The translations under genes were made by a program, and so were the position numbers. The notes under the pieces were generated by a model that saw only the letters and a program-made list of their open reading frames with translations, did not search any database and was not told where the DNA came from. DNA of 63,128 nt, counting the filler, from Octopus bimaculoides (lineage: Eukaryota): assembly GCF_001194135.2 (NCBI RefSeq). It is 6 parts of 6 records of this genome, joined end to end, with 100 filler letters (N's around TTAATTAATTAA, not from the genome) between each part and the next. Parts side by side here need not be neighbours in the genome. Positions count along the whole stretch, not along the records: positions 1 to 18,742 come from NC_068991.1; 5 more parts are not named here. One strand, 5' to 3'. Below are positions 1 to 11,842 of the stretch, piece after piece; positions within the stretch are counted from its first letter, which is position 1; every line of letters begins with the position of its first letter.

Positions 1-944
1 ACTACAGTTAATTTTTTTCTTATTGTCATATCTAAAATACATTATGTCATCTTAAAGGTTTAAATACATATTTCTGTTTCATTATTCCATAATTTTTTTT
101 ATTTACACTGTATTTTTACACAATATATTTCTTATAAACCCTTAGTTCTACGTATTACGTTTAAAATTTAGTTTAACTGCAATTCTTTGAAAAGATAAGT
201 TATGATTTTATTTTAAGAAATATTTTTAAATGTTTTTTGATCATTTGTTTATTTATTGTTAAAACAAGTATCTTTTATATATTTATTTAACTAGTAAAAG
301 AGTCTTGTACTTTATTTTCAATAAAAATGTTTGAATGAAATATAGAGAAAGAATAAAATCATGTACCGATTACACCTGTATTTTAATTAATTCGAATTAA
401 TGTACCTCATCTTGAAAAATATAAAATTGTTAGCGGTTGACATCTGGGATAATTTTAGTCACAAATCAAACAGCTAAGATGTATTAAGAATATGAATTTT
501 AGTGTTTATTCATAATGTTATTGTTTTTACACCTGTTAATTAAATTTACCTGCTCATAAAAGTCACATTTAATCAGAAAGGTCAGCTAAAATTACGTAGC
601 TAATAAACCACTGGCATATAAGCACCCATTTACAAAATTTCAATTCTGTATGTAGAAAATTAACAAAGTTACAAGAAAATAATGTGGACACCCCACTTGA
701 ACCTGAATAAATCAAAATTAATGTGAACAGATAAGCATTACATTTGATAAATTAATCTGAACACTAAAGGGTTAAAAAGTGAAACAACGCATTGGTAGGT
801 AAACAAAGGTAGCAACAAATAGAAGAAAGGGCAGGGAACATCACCTTTCAAGTCACTCAGAATAGGTAAAGATAAGCTTTTCAAAGTTTAATACAGTTTA
901 AATATGGAGATTAAGATTGTTTGGTATAGGATATTCATCATGTA

Positions 945-1470
945 CAGTGTTCCTAGTCAATTTAATAAAAGTCATGGGTGGACAGTCAAAATAAATAAAT
1001 AGACAATATCCTTTCACTTTTATATAAAGATTAAAAAAGTATGGAAGACCCTACATACAAAAAAACTACGTCCATTTATGTCCATTTACACAGGAACTCT
1101 GGGCAAAATGTTATAGTGCATAACCATCCTTGGGACATACTGTGTATAGTTTGGTGAAAATCAGGTGAGAATTGTGGAAATGTATGTGTTCAGTGTTCGT
1201 AGTTAATTTAATCACAGTGATTGGTGGACAGTGGAAATAAATAAATAAAATCCTTTCACTTATATAAAAAGATTAAAAAAGTAGGGAAGACCCTAAATAT
1301 AAAAAAACTATGTCCATTTATGTGGGAGGTCTGGGCAAAATGTTATAATGCATCACCCTTTTCAGGACATAAGTAAGGTGTGAGTAAAGTTTAGCGAAAA
1401 TATGTTGAGAATTTTGGAAATGTATGCATTAGTCATTATACACACATGCTGCAATTTATATATAATATAT
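945..1470. repeat. Two diverged tandem copies of a ~245-bp unit, Helentron/HINE-like
   Basis: ggtggacagt..aataaata..atcctttcactt..tatataaa(a)gattaaaaaagta..gaagaccct..ctgggcaaaatgttata..gtgaaaat..gagaatt.tggaaatgtat occurs at ~945-1190 and ~1191-1440. Confidence 0.6.
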
Positions 1471-1654
1471 ATTGGGTTGGCAACTAAGTACCTGATGTTT
1501 TTTAAAATTTTGGAATCTATTTTTTTCGAGAATTCTATTCTTGAATCATTTTGGNNNNNNNNNNNNNNNNNNNNNNNNNNNNNNNNNNNNNNNNNNNNNN
1601 NNNNNNNNNNNNNNNNNNNNNNNNNNNNNNNNNNNNNNNNNNNNNNNNNNNNNN

Positions 1655-1850
1655 TGGTGTTTTCAAAGGGATGGCATGTGTAACCTGATCACCTCTGCAG
1701 ATCAAACTCTCAACCCATGTACTCCAGTTGCAACACTGATTCTGTCCAAATTTGACGTCATGTTACTTAGTTTGGTTTGAAATAAAGAACTTGATTAGCT
1801 TAATAATCCCAACTTAATCCCGGGCAAAGCCAGGCTATACTGCTAGTATA
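1655..1850 (+). mobile_element. Helitron-like 3' end
   Basis: Ends cccgggcaaagccaggctatactgCTAGT: GC hairpin followed by CTAG. Confidence 0.45.
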
Positions 1851-1856
1851 TTATAT

Positions 1857-2194
1857 GAGGAGACACCTTTTAGTCATGAATGATCATGGGATTGCACCTA
1901 GAAAGTTACCCTCCAAGGCACAAGTCCAGGCAAGGTTGTGTGTGGAAGGCCAGAAGTCGCCCATACATACCAGCCTCCCCTCTCTGCACCACTGATGTTA
2001 TCCAAGGGAAAGGCAAAGGGTAATACAGCTTGGCACCAGTGATGTCACAACTCATTTCTACAGCTGTGTTAACTGGAGCAACGTGAAATAAAGTGTCTTG
2101 CTCAAGAACACAACACGCAGCCTGGTCTGGGAATCAAACTCACAACCTCACGATTCTAAGCTCGACGCTCTAACCACTGAGCTATGTGCCTTCA
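1857..2194 (-). mobile_element. tRNA-derived SINE (family A, CORE-like centre)
   Basis: Minus strand: A box TAGCTCAGTGG, B box GTTTGATTCC, then tgtgttcttgagcaagacactt; second copy at 15058-15355. Confidence 0.85.
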
Positions 2195-2259
2195 CATATA
2201 TTATATATATAAATCATGTATATATATATATATTATATATATATCATGTATATATATTG

Positions 2260-2324
<65 letters not shown>

Positions 2325-2329
2325 TATAT

Positions 2330-2640
2330 CATCATCGTTTAACGTCCGTTTCCCATGCTGGCATGCGTTGAACGGTTTGACTGGGTCTGGGAAGCCAGGA
2401 GGCTGCACCAGCCTCCAGTCTGATCTGGCAGTGTTTCTACAGCTGGATGCCCTTCCTAATGCCAACCACTCCAAAAGTGTAGTAGGTGCTTTTTACATGC
2501 TACTGGCATAGGGGCCAGAGGAGGCTGGCAACAACCATGATCGATTGGTGCTTTTTACTTGCCACCGGCACAGGAGCCAGTCAAGGCGCCACTGGTATCG
2601 GCCACGTTCAGATGGTGCTTTTCACGTGCCACCAGCATGG
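2330..2640 (-). mobile_element. SINE family C with RTE-like 3' end and (GAT)n tail
   Basis: ggttggcattaggaagggcatccagctgtagaaac ... catgggaaacggacgttaaacgatgatgat on minus; many copies in the window. Confidence 0.75.
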
Positions 2641-2656
2641 GGATCACAACTACAAT

Positions 2657-3200
2657 TTCCATTTGATTTTGATTTTGATGTACTGGGCTCAATAGGTCTC
2701 CTCAATCACGGCATGTCGCTCGACGATCCAAGGTACTTTTGAGCGGGCTGATTATGCGACACTGGTGTAGGTTACAACTGTGAACTCACTTTATTTGCCA
2801 GGGCTTCTTAGTCACAGCATATCTCTGGAGGTCTCGGTCTTTCATCATTGCCTCTGTGAGGCCCAACTTTCGAAGGTTATGCTTCACCACCTCATCTCAT
2901 GTCTTCCTAGGTCTCCCTCTACCTCGAATTCCTTCAACTGCTTGGGAGTGGCACTTCTTTACACAGATCTCCTCATTCATCTGTAGTACATGACCATACC
3001 AACACAAATGTCTCTCTTGCATGCCACATTTGATGCTTCTTATGTCTAACATTTCTCTCAGGGCATTTACTCTCTGTCGTTTGTGCACACTAACATTACA
3101 CATCCAGTGGATCATGCTAGTTTCATTTTTTTTTCAAGCCCATGCATGTCTTCAGCATATGTCACGAAACTTGTACAACAGAAATGTATGGAGCACGAGT
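2657..3200 (-). mobile_element. RTE-clade LINE 3' fragment
   Basis: AEDMHGLEKNETSMIHWM, WYGHVLQM, GRGRPRKT.DEVV; (CAAAAT)n-like tail. Confidence 0.85.
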
Positions 3201-3384
3201 GCATGCAACATGAACTATTCTTTCATGCTCTTGTTTGTCTCCTGTCCTAGCTGGATTTACATGTTCACTACCACAACCTCATTTAGGCTTAGCAGCCCTT
3301 CCTGTTTGTTTTCACTGTCCTGTTTGTGTTACCAATTTTGACCCTACACACAATCACAAATTTTCTTTAATTTGTTTTGCGAGA

Positions 3385-3700
3385 ACAACTGTTTTATCAA
3401 AAGCGTATATTGTTGTTAAATGCTCGAAATACAAGACTAGAAAAACAGCCAACAACTGATGAAGGGTCATTCTTTATGTTATTTGTTTTGTTTTCCATTT
3501 CTGTCTTTTGTTATTCGAAAGAACAGTTCATTTTCCATGCACTCATACTTCGTACTTTTTTGCTGTACAGGTTTTGTGATATCCTGTGCCCACATATGCA
3601 TATATATACATGTATAGATGTAAGTATGTACATATACGTATGTATATATGCATATATATATATTATTTATATTATTATATGATTGAACGCCACACATCCT
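3385..3700 (+). mobile_element. Short Penelope-pLTR-like repeat with decayed hammerhead topology
   Basis: CTGTTTT..AGCGT..ATGCTC-GAAA..AAAACAG, then CTGATGAAG, a T-rich tract and ttttgtgatatcctgtgcccacatatgc shared with 3915-3975, 4749-4870, 18843-19040 and 32790-32890(-). Confidence 0.45.
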
Positions 3701-4748
3701 CTTCCAAGTAAGTTTTATCTTAATAAGTCTGATGCGCACTCTATAGGATCTTTTTACTCTTTCATTTTTCTCTCTTTTCTCTCTCTTATTCTTTTATCTC
3801 CTCTTCTCCCACTATTCTATCCTATTATTCTGTCACTCTCTCTCCCTCACTCTTCCTCCCTTGCTCACATGGCTCCCATGTGACCATTGGCCATCTTTCT
3901 TTCCTTCTCTCCATACTAGCTTGATTTACACATTTCATGACGTCCTGTGCCCACATGTGCATATATATATATATACCCCTCTTGTTCTTCCTCTGTTACT
4001 ACTACGTATCTCTTTTTTCCCCCTCGTATTTCCTCTTTTTCTTTTTTCCTCTCGTTGCTCACCATTCTTCTACTTCCTCCCTCTCTTTCTCCCTCTACCA
4101 CTCTCTCTCTTCCCTTTACACCGGCATGGTCACATGCTTCCGGTCAATAATCCTTTCCTTCCTTGGCTTTCGCCAAGTAACACACGCCACCACTTTGTCT
4201 CTCTCGGTTCCGTGCCTCATCGCGTTCATACACACATAATTTTTCTCGTCTGGCNNNNNNNNNNNNNNNNNNNNNNNNNNNNNNNNNNNNNNNNNNNNNN
4301 NNNNNNNNNNNNNNNNNNNNNNNNNNNNNNNNNNNNNNNNNNNNNNNNNNNNNNNNNNNNNNNNNNNNNNNNNNNNNNNNNNNNNNNNNNNNNNNNNNNN
4401 NNNNNNNNNNNNNNNNNNNNNNNNNNNNNNNNNNNNNNNNNNNNNNNNNNNNNNNNNNNNNNNNNNNNNNNNNNNNNNNNNNNNNNNNNNNNNNNNNNNN
4501 NNNNNNNNNNNNNNNNNNNNNNNNNNNNNNNNNNNNNNNNNNNNNNNNNNNNNNNNNNNNNNNNNNNNNNNNNNNNNNNNNNNNNNNNNNNNNNNNNNNN
4601 NNNNNNNNNNNNNNNNNNNNNNNNNNNNNNNNNNNNNNNNNNNNNNNNNNNNNNNNNNNNNNNNNNNNNNNNNNNNNNNNNNNNNNNNNNNNNNNNNNNN
4701 NNNNNNNNNNNNNNNNNNNNNNNNNNNNNNNNNNNNNNNNNNNNNNNN

Positions 4749-4990
4749 TGTTCTCGTCTACGTTTGTTTGCAATGTCCTGTACCCAGATATGCACCTATA
4801 CATACAGGTGGATGTCGGTATGCACATACCTGTACGTATATATGCATATACTCATTTACTTTTGTTTATATATATATATATATATATGTGTGGATGTGTG
4901 TATTTTTCCCTTGTTTACTATTAACACAGAAAAAATAGATAAATAGGTACCAAGGTAGCAAAAATCCACACAAGTAAAAAGGGTATAATG
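4749..4990 (+). mobile_element. Young copy of the short Penelope-pLTR-like repeat
   Basis: 4749-4870 is almost identical to 18915-19040; internal 13-bp stem TATACATACAGGT/ACCTGTACGTATA at 4797-4840. Confidence 0.6.
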
Positions 4991-5085
4991 CCTTGTTTTT
5001 AAAGGTAGAAACTCTGGGTTTACATGAAATATTTTGTATAATATATATAAATAAATAAGTGGAGTTAAACGCAGGTGCTATTCAA

Positions 5086-5188
5086 ATTCTTTTATCCAAC
5101 ACATGTTTCGAAGATATCATTGGTATTATTCCAAAGGAATAAAATGGTGTAAAACAATGTAATCTTCTCTTCGGGGAAATGAAGAAAT
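5086..5188 (-). ncRNA. Type I hammerhead ribozyme-like fold (near-consensus)
   Basis: Minus: UUCUUcauUUCC-CCGAAGA-GAAGAU..CAUUG..UAUUCC/GGAAUA..CAAUG..AUCUUC-GAAA-CAUGU-GUU-GGAuaaAAGAA; core CUGANGA carries U4C. Confidence 0.55.
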
Positions 5189-5434
5189 AACACGCGTCAA
5201 TAAAACATTTTACCAGAATATGATGGATATGTAAAGTGATGAACTAAACGCTATTAAGTTTTAAAAAAAAAAAACGTTAGAGGATATAATATCAAAGGTA
5301 GCCTATAGAAAGAGGAGGGGTAAAGGAAAGAAAAAATCAGAAACCAAATAAATGAGAAGTATAGAACGATATGCNNNNNNNNNNCATGCTTACCAATGTA
5401 AACATTGAATATATATATATATATATATAATAGC

Positions 5435-5712
5435 ACCAGGCTGACCAAAGCTTTGTGAGTGGATTTTGTACACAGGAACTGAAAGAAGACTGTCGTATAT
5501 ATGTGTATATTTGTGTGTGCGTCTGTCTTTTTTGAACCCCACCATCACTTGACAACCAATGTTGCTGTGTTTACATTCCCATAACTTAGCTGTTTTGGTA
5601 AAAGATACTGATAGAATAAGTACTAGGCTTACAAATCCTGGGGTTGATTTATTTGATGAAGGGTGGTGCTCCAGCTTGGCTGCAGTAACATGACTGAAAA
5701 CAGTAAAGCAAT
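5435..5712 (+). mobile_element. SINE family B (partial)
   Basis: ccaaagctttgtgagtggatttt..gaactgaaagaagactgtcg, microsatellite, then tail ggtgctccagc..tgactgaaaacagtaaa. Confidence 0.75.
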
Positions 5713-5762
5713 AAAAAACTATGCCATTTGAATCCTGAGCAATGCTGAGTAAATCTGCTAGT

Positions 5763-6696
5763 ATATATATCTACTACATATGTGGGAAATTCTGTCTGTA
5801 GGTGCGTTTGTGGAGTTATTAGCTAACTGCTCCCACATCGTTTTATTGATTTTGATGAAACATGACATGTGAGTAGAACTCATGTTTAGAAACCTCATAG
5901 CATACTCAGATTGTTGCAAAAAAAATCGAAAATAGGGCCCTTGGAAGGGATCCTTATATGTAGCTAATATATCTTATTTTAAAAACCAAGGGAAATAACC
6001 CATTCGACCCTGGAAGGGATCCTTATATATATATATATATCCAAGGGAAATACCCATTCATTTTCCTAAATTATTTGGTAAAAATGAAACTGAGTATTCT
6101 TATTTCTTACTATTTGAACTGTTAGAGTTATTTTCGCAATTTATCCAGTACAACCCATAAACAAGTAAATAGCATTTTCCTAAACAATAGATCCACTTAT
6201 TTCGGTTAGTGACTTATTCACGAATATACCAACACTAGCGCCCTTGAGGGTAATATTCTTTGGGAAAGCACAAAAGCCCTTTTCAGAGTTATTTACTTTG
6301 AATTGTTATTATCTCATATCTGATTAGCCTTTTATTACGTAACATGCTTCATGATTTTAGTATACATACCTTACTAATATTTCCTCCTATGTTCTATATA
6401 CTCTGGGAACGCATTAAAGCCCTTTTCGGGGCTAGTTTATGTGAATTCTTACTATCGGGTAACTAATTTCACATTATTACATAGCTAACTTCACAACTTG
6501 GGTATTCACAACTTATTGGGGAATTCCTAAAAACAATATCCTGTGTAAGACAGTTTGGTATTCTCTGTAAATGTACAAAAACCATTTAAAGGGCTACATA
6601 CTTTGCATTGTTCTTATTGGATTAGTGAAACAATTATGAGAATGGAACCAAGGGATAAACCCCACTTTTTTGGGAATTACCAGGTACGTCACCTAG
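5763..6696 (+). mobile_element. Possible non-autonomous Helitron-like element
   Basis: Starts tatatctactacata..ttgattttgatgaaac and ends gggaattaccaggtacgtcacCTAGT; directly preceded by another CTAG end (5730-5762). Confidence 0.3.
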
Positions 6697-6764
6697 TATA
6701 TATATATATATATATATATATATTTACTTAAAATGTTGTTAGTTATGGCCACTCACTGAGTGAC

Positions 6765-6960
6765 TGTTTAATGTCTGCCTTCCAAGCTGGCATGGGTTTG
6801 ACAGTTTCACAGGAGCTGGCCAAGGAGAATACTACCCCAGACTACTGTACCTGTTTTGGCAGGGTTTTATGGCTGGATGCTCTTCCTAACACCAACCACT
6901 CTGCACCAGCACAGTTTTGGCATGGTTTTTACAGTTGGATGCCCTTTCAAATGCGACGAG
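6765..6960 (-). mobile_element. SINE family C fragment
   Basis: tttaatgtctgccttccaagctggcatgggtttgacag..gctggatgctcttcctaacaccaaccact. Confidence 0.7.
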
Positions 6961-7384
6961 AAGAGGGAGCATTGGAGGAGGTAATATGGTGTCAAATGAC
7001 AAAAGGTTAGAGCATGACAGAGAAATAGAGAGGTAGAAACAGGTGTCTTGTTATAGAGAAGGTACATGGTTACCCAACCAGAGAGAGAGGAAGAGAGAGG
7101 GAGAGAGAGATGATATATATATATACACAAGTGTGAATGTGTGTGTGAGAGAGAGGAAGAGAGAGAGAGGGATCATCCTTTCTCTCTTCACTTTAGCAAA
7201 ACTAAAACAAAACTATTTGGATGGTGGTGGTGGTGGTGGTCATCGTCATTGTAGTAGTAGTAGTTGTAGGAGGAGGAGGATTACACTAGACAGTAAAATA
7301 CAAAACATGAGAAATAGGAGTAGAACAGATCTTTCTTTTTTTTAATGGAGCCAAAAAACATGAAAAATCTAAGGAGCAACTCAC

Positions 7385-7545
7385 CTGTGGACAGTAATAA
7401 ATTCACTGTTAAGAGCAACAATATATGGATGGACATAACCAACACTCACTAAGTCATGTGACCATTGTAATGGAGGTCTTTGTGAAATCCCATCTGAGGT
7501 TACAAACATCCCAAGAGAACTGGGGCCACCAAGGAGGAAATCACC
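7385..7545 (-). CDS. TGFBRAP1: TGFBRAP1/VPS3 internal exon, GDFLLGGPSSLGMFVTSDGISQRPPLQWSHDLVSVGYVHPYIVALNSEFITVH+AG
   Basis: Acceptor tatttctctag and donor CAG|gtgagt; 161 nt, phase 0-2; resembles QEFLLAGPGGLGMFATVAGISQRAPVHWSENVIGAAVSFPYVIALDDEFITVHS. Further 5' and 3' exons were not found in the window. Confidence 0.93.
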
Positions 7546-8299
7546 CTAGAGAAATATACATATATATTATTTATATATATTTTGGTCCATCAAGACGGTT
7601 GCAATATTTAAATTAGTTTCATAACACTGTAAAGTATACATACAATGGTAAACAATACACCTTCTTCTCGAATTACGACTGAGTTCTGTTCTGACTGACA
7701 GGTTGTAAGTCAATCTGGTCATATGTTGGATTTATATTTTTTCAACACTATTTTCAATTAAACGGTTATAAACATACAGTCTAAATCAATAGCCTTCCTT
7801 GACTTCATGGCTGGCACATCTGTTGATGAAAGCCTTTTCCTTTTACCAGTTATTTTAAGGGTATTTCAGATACAACTGTAACAAATCCACATGCGACTCA
7901 TGTTGAAAGTGACTGAGTGAGAGACAGTGGCAGGCAGTGGATGCTTGGGTCTGGGGGAGGTCTGCATTGTCAGATGCTGCCAGCTATCCTATGCACAGCT
8001 GCCCAACATCTGAAAATCAGTTTTGTATTTATTTATTTATTTATTGTGGTTGTAACTGTAGATGGGTTTGGTCATAAGTTGAGGAGAAGGGGTATATTAA
8101 AAAAAAAGCAAAAAAAAAGCAAGGTTAATCCCTTTAACATTTAAACCAGACATATCCAGCCCAAATATTCTTGCTTTATATTCAAATTGGTCAGATCCTG
8201 CCTTTAACACCTACCCAACAATGTTATTCTAAAAGTAAATAATCATGTAATTGAAATCTCAAAGCTACAAGAATAATTTTAGACAATGTGAATATAGTT

Positions 8300-8550
8300 T
8301 TTTGCTTGCTTGCTTTGCTTCATGCTCTTGCTTGATGGGCCTGGGGGTCATCCCAGGTTAGTGGTCCCAGAGATATCATCACGCATAGAGCTGACCAGGT
8401 CCACCTGTGCTCTTCCCTGCTGGAAGTCCTGTGCCAACCTCTCTGTATCCTCCAAGGTTATGGTGAGCCTATGGAGATCTTCCCCAATCATGCATCCAGC
8501 CATCTGGTGTGAGGCCTGCCATAAGGCCTCTTCCAGCCCACAGCTGCAAT
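8300..8550 (-). mobile_element. RTE LINE extreme 3' end with (CAAG)n tail
   Basis: GWKRPYGRPHTRWLD, frameshift, then GEDLHRLTITLEDTERLAQD; tail caagcaag..caagcaagcaaaa. Confidence 0.75.
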
Positions 8551-8784
8551 GTTGAATGAGAGTAAAGCCCTGGTAGGATGATTTAGTGAGAGACAAAGGA
8601 CATGCCTGTACCAGTGCATGCAACAGTTATGAGGTGAAGGAATGCAGGCTTATGCATGCATGCATGCACTCAGTTTTTTGTTGGAAATGTATCACATTTG
8701 ACAGAGTAATCTGAATGTTAACAGGTTATAGATGTTCAGGCAAGACCTTTTCTTTTGGCACACATTTCAATTAATATTCTAAAG

Positions 8785-9239
8785 CAGTGGTTCCCAGACG
8801 GTGTAGCGCATCTCATAGGTGCAGCAGAAGAGGATAGCAGGTGAGGTAGAATGATTGAAAGACTAACATTTAGAAACAGTTTCAAAAAATTCATATGCCA
8901 AAAATAAATGATTTCAAAATTTAAAACATTATCATGGATTACTTGTAATTGCATACATGAGTCCCAGTATAAATAGTTATAAAGAATTATTAACCGATTT
9001 TACTATTGTGATCTTTTTGCATTATATCAAGTATTAAGAATAAAGGAACTAGGGTCTGCAAATTGGAGGAGAGGGTTATCAATGATAACAGGCTGACATC
9101 AAATCTGCAGTTATCTCACTTTAACCACTACCATCTCCCCGCTTCTTTCTCTCTCTCTCTCATTCTGAGCCTTTAGTGAGACGTGAGTAAATTTTCATTC
9201 TGAAAATGCAGCTCAGAGGAAACGGTTTGGGAACCACTG
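8785..9239. mobile_element. hAT (Charlie-like) MITE, 455 bp
   Basis: TIR CAGTGGTTCCCA/TGGGAACCACTG; perfect 8-bp TSD TTCTAAAG at 8777-8784 and 9240-9247. Confidence 0.9.
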
Positions 9240-9314
9240 TTCTAAAGTGTGAACAAGAATATGTAGTTTGGCTTCAAAAATTGCATTTGTTTCTTCAGTT
9301 GCATTCGGTTTCTT

Positions 9315-9672
9315 TATTTCTTTTATCTTTGCTTCAGTCAATGGACTGTGGCCATGCTGGGGCACTGCTCTGAAGAGTTTAGTCAAACAAATCAAACCTG
9401 TAATTATTTTTATTTAGTATTTAAGTCTGGCACTTATTCTATAGGTTTGTTTTGCCAAACTGCTAAATTATGAGGACATAAACAAACTAACATCAGTTGT
9501 CAAGCAAATTTTTACAACAAGCTTCCACAGTTTCTGTCTACCAAATTCACTTAGAACACATTGATCAGCTCAGAGATATAATGCAAGACACTTGCCCAAA
9601 GTGCCACACAGTGGAACTGAACCCAAAATTATAAGACTGTAAAGCAAGCTTCTTAACCACACACCCATACTT
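9315..9672 (-). mobile_element. SINE family B
   Basis: Reverse complement of head (gtggttaagaagcttgc..gttcagttccactgtgtggcactttgggcaagtgtctt) and tail (ccccagcatggccacagtccattgactgaagc). Confidence 0.75.
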
Positions 9673-10004
9673 GTGGATTTACTATAATTATTATTGTGAT
9701 ATTGTTCTATAGCATTCTGTTTTGAAACTCCTTACATCAAGTGAAATTGGTGAATTATTTCTAAGCACTGATGCATTTCACCTGGTAGAATTTTTAAGGA
9801 ATTCTATTATTGCAACATGAAACTGTGTATTAACACCCACTCCTAGAATTGCAAATGGTACCTAGTCAAAACCTTACAATGTTGGTGTTAGATTTTGGCA
9901 AGAGCATGTATTGTCACTTCTCATTTTCATAACTTTTAGGATTAGGATTAACATGCACAACTGCTGAAGAAGTGGCGTGATAATCAGTGGGTGTAGAATT
10001 GGTC

Positions 10005-10212
10005 GGCTGTTGTTAGTAGACAAGATGGTGCCACTTGGTTCATCATCAGATGATCTCTAGCATGCACTGAATGTGGTTGCTGTTGAGTGCTGTGAGGCAG
10101 AGATGAGAATAAGTGTTGTGAAGACTCAGTCATTGGTCCTCCCAAGAAAATCTTCTCAGAGCACTCTGTATGTTAGTGAAACATCACTGAGACAAGTAGA
10201 GAAGTTTAAGCC
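10005..10212 (+). mobile_element. RTE (Expander-like) RT fragment
   Basis: SSSDDL*HALNVVAVECCEAEMRISVVKTQSLVL..LRQVEKFK. Confidence 0.7.
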
Positions 10213-10252
10213 TCTCTATCCTTTGAACTGTCCAGTGTGGGAGGCTCTACCA

Positions 10253-10575
10253 CAGGGCCGGATTGAGGCCCATACAGGCCCTAAGCACTTAAAAGGTTCG
10301 GAAAGAGAGAGAGGTGGGGAGGCGGGTTAAAATGAGATAACCGTGGATTTGATGTCAGCCTATTATCATTGATAACCCTCTCCTCCAATTTGCAGACCCT
10401 AGTTCCTTTATTCTTAATACTTTATATAATGCAATAAGATCACAATAGTAAAATCGGTCAATAATTTTTTATGACTATTGATACTGGAACTCATGTATGC
10501 AATTACAAGTAATCCATAATAATATTTTAAATTTTGAAATCATATTTATTTTTGACATATGAATTTTTTCTAATT
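10253..10575. repeat. Segment homologous in inverted orientation to the hAT MITE interior (8877-9180)
   Basis: 10326-10410 is the near-exact reverse complement of 9041-9126; starts cagggccggatt (Harbinger-like terminus). Confidence 0.8.
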
Positions 10576-11453
10576 TTTCCTCTACTGACCTCATACTTAA
10601 CATCTATATCACTACTCACCTGTGTCAAAATCCAACAAACAATACAGACCCATTCTTATATCTCCAGACCCCTGATATAACCATATATCATCTACAGACC
10701 ACCTCCAGACTTAAAATTTCTTTCCCAGGCCAGACTTTCACTTCACCCCTTCATCTTTTAACTCCCATTTTACAAGAGCCAATGAAGATATCAACCGCTT
10801 CTAGTGAGCCAACTGGGCAGTTAAGAGAATATATGGAGATGAAGGAACGTGTGTCTCTTTCAGTAAAGATTAATGATGAATTTAACATCATTTTAGCGAC
10901 AATAGTCAACACTTACTGAAACTTAGGTCTGCCATAAACCTGTTGTATGGGGAATCTGTACACCTCCATGAATGACTAAGTATACTATACTAGTTAGTAT
11001 AAATGAGCATGCACAGAATAGTCTGAGAGGAGTGTCATATGGGCAGTCATATAGTGTAGAGGGCAAGGAAAGATTGAACAGAGATATTGTGGAGTGTTTG
11101 TTGAAGATGCACAGTTGGAGATTAATAAGAAAACATCAAGAACGTTTAATATTATAACAGTTCAGATATAACAGTGACTACAAGAAGGCTACAAGAACTC
11201 AGAAGGCTGGAGCTTGACCCTCATTTCCATGATGTATAGAACATGCTCAAGAACATAACACATCACCTGGTCCAGGAATTGGAACTACAATCATAAAAAT
11301 GTGAGGAGGCAACACCCTAAATCACTAGTCTACATGCCTTTACAATCAACACTACTACCACCACCACCACCACTATTAATTACCACAAAGGACAAAATTA
11401 ACAACAGCAGCAGCAAATACTTGAAGAATACACAGCACAAATTTAGATCTTAC

Positions 11454-11588
11454 CTTACCGATCCGCTTCACAATAGCTTTTGTGTGTTCATTATTATAAG
11501 GAAACAAATCCTGAATGTCCCCAGTTTTGTAGTTGATCATACAGTATTGGTTAGTCATAGCAGCACAAATGTGACAACCATCCAAACC
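11454..11588 (-). CDS. TGFBRAP1: TGFBRAP1/VPS3 internal exon, GLDGCHICAAMTNQYCMINYKTGDIQDLFPYNNEHTKAIVKRIGK
   Basis: Acceptor tattttattgcag and donor AAG|gtaaga; 135 nt; resembles VDGHFLCLALTTQYIIHNYSTGVSQDLFPYCSEERPPIVKRIGR. Confidence 0.92.
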
Positions 11589-11810
11589 CTGCAATAAAAT
11601 ATAATATTGAGGAATCTATTGTATAGGATTAAGTACAGGGTTAACAAGCCCTCCAAAAGTGTCCCAAGGATTAAGATTACAATTCTTTAGCTCTAAACAG
11701 ATGATGAACTTTTACAAAGTTCAAGTGAAACTCTCATTTGAGTAATATTGATTTCACATATAAAGGCATGAAACATGACTGTGGGGTTAAGGAGTTCTTG
11801 ACAATTACAT

Positions 11811-11842
<32 letters not shown>

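Noticed and set aside
2100-2194. tRNA-like A/B boxes (also 29226, 31477, 33777)
   Set aside because: SINE heads continuing into repeat bodies; no complete cloverleaf
8348-8623. 91-aa ORF that looks like a gene
   Set aside because: Frameshifted RTE LINE 3' end with a (CAAG)n tail
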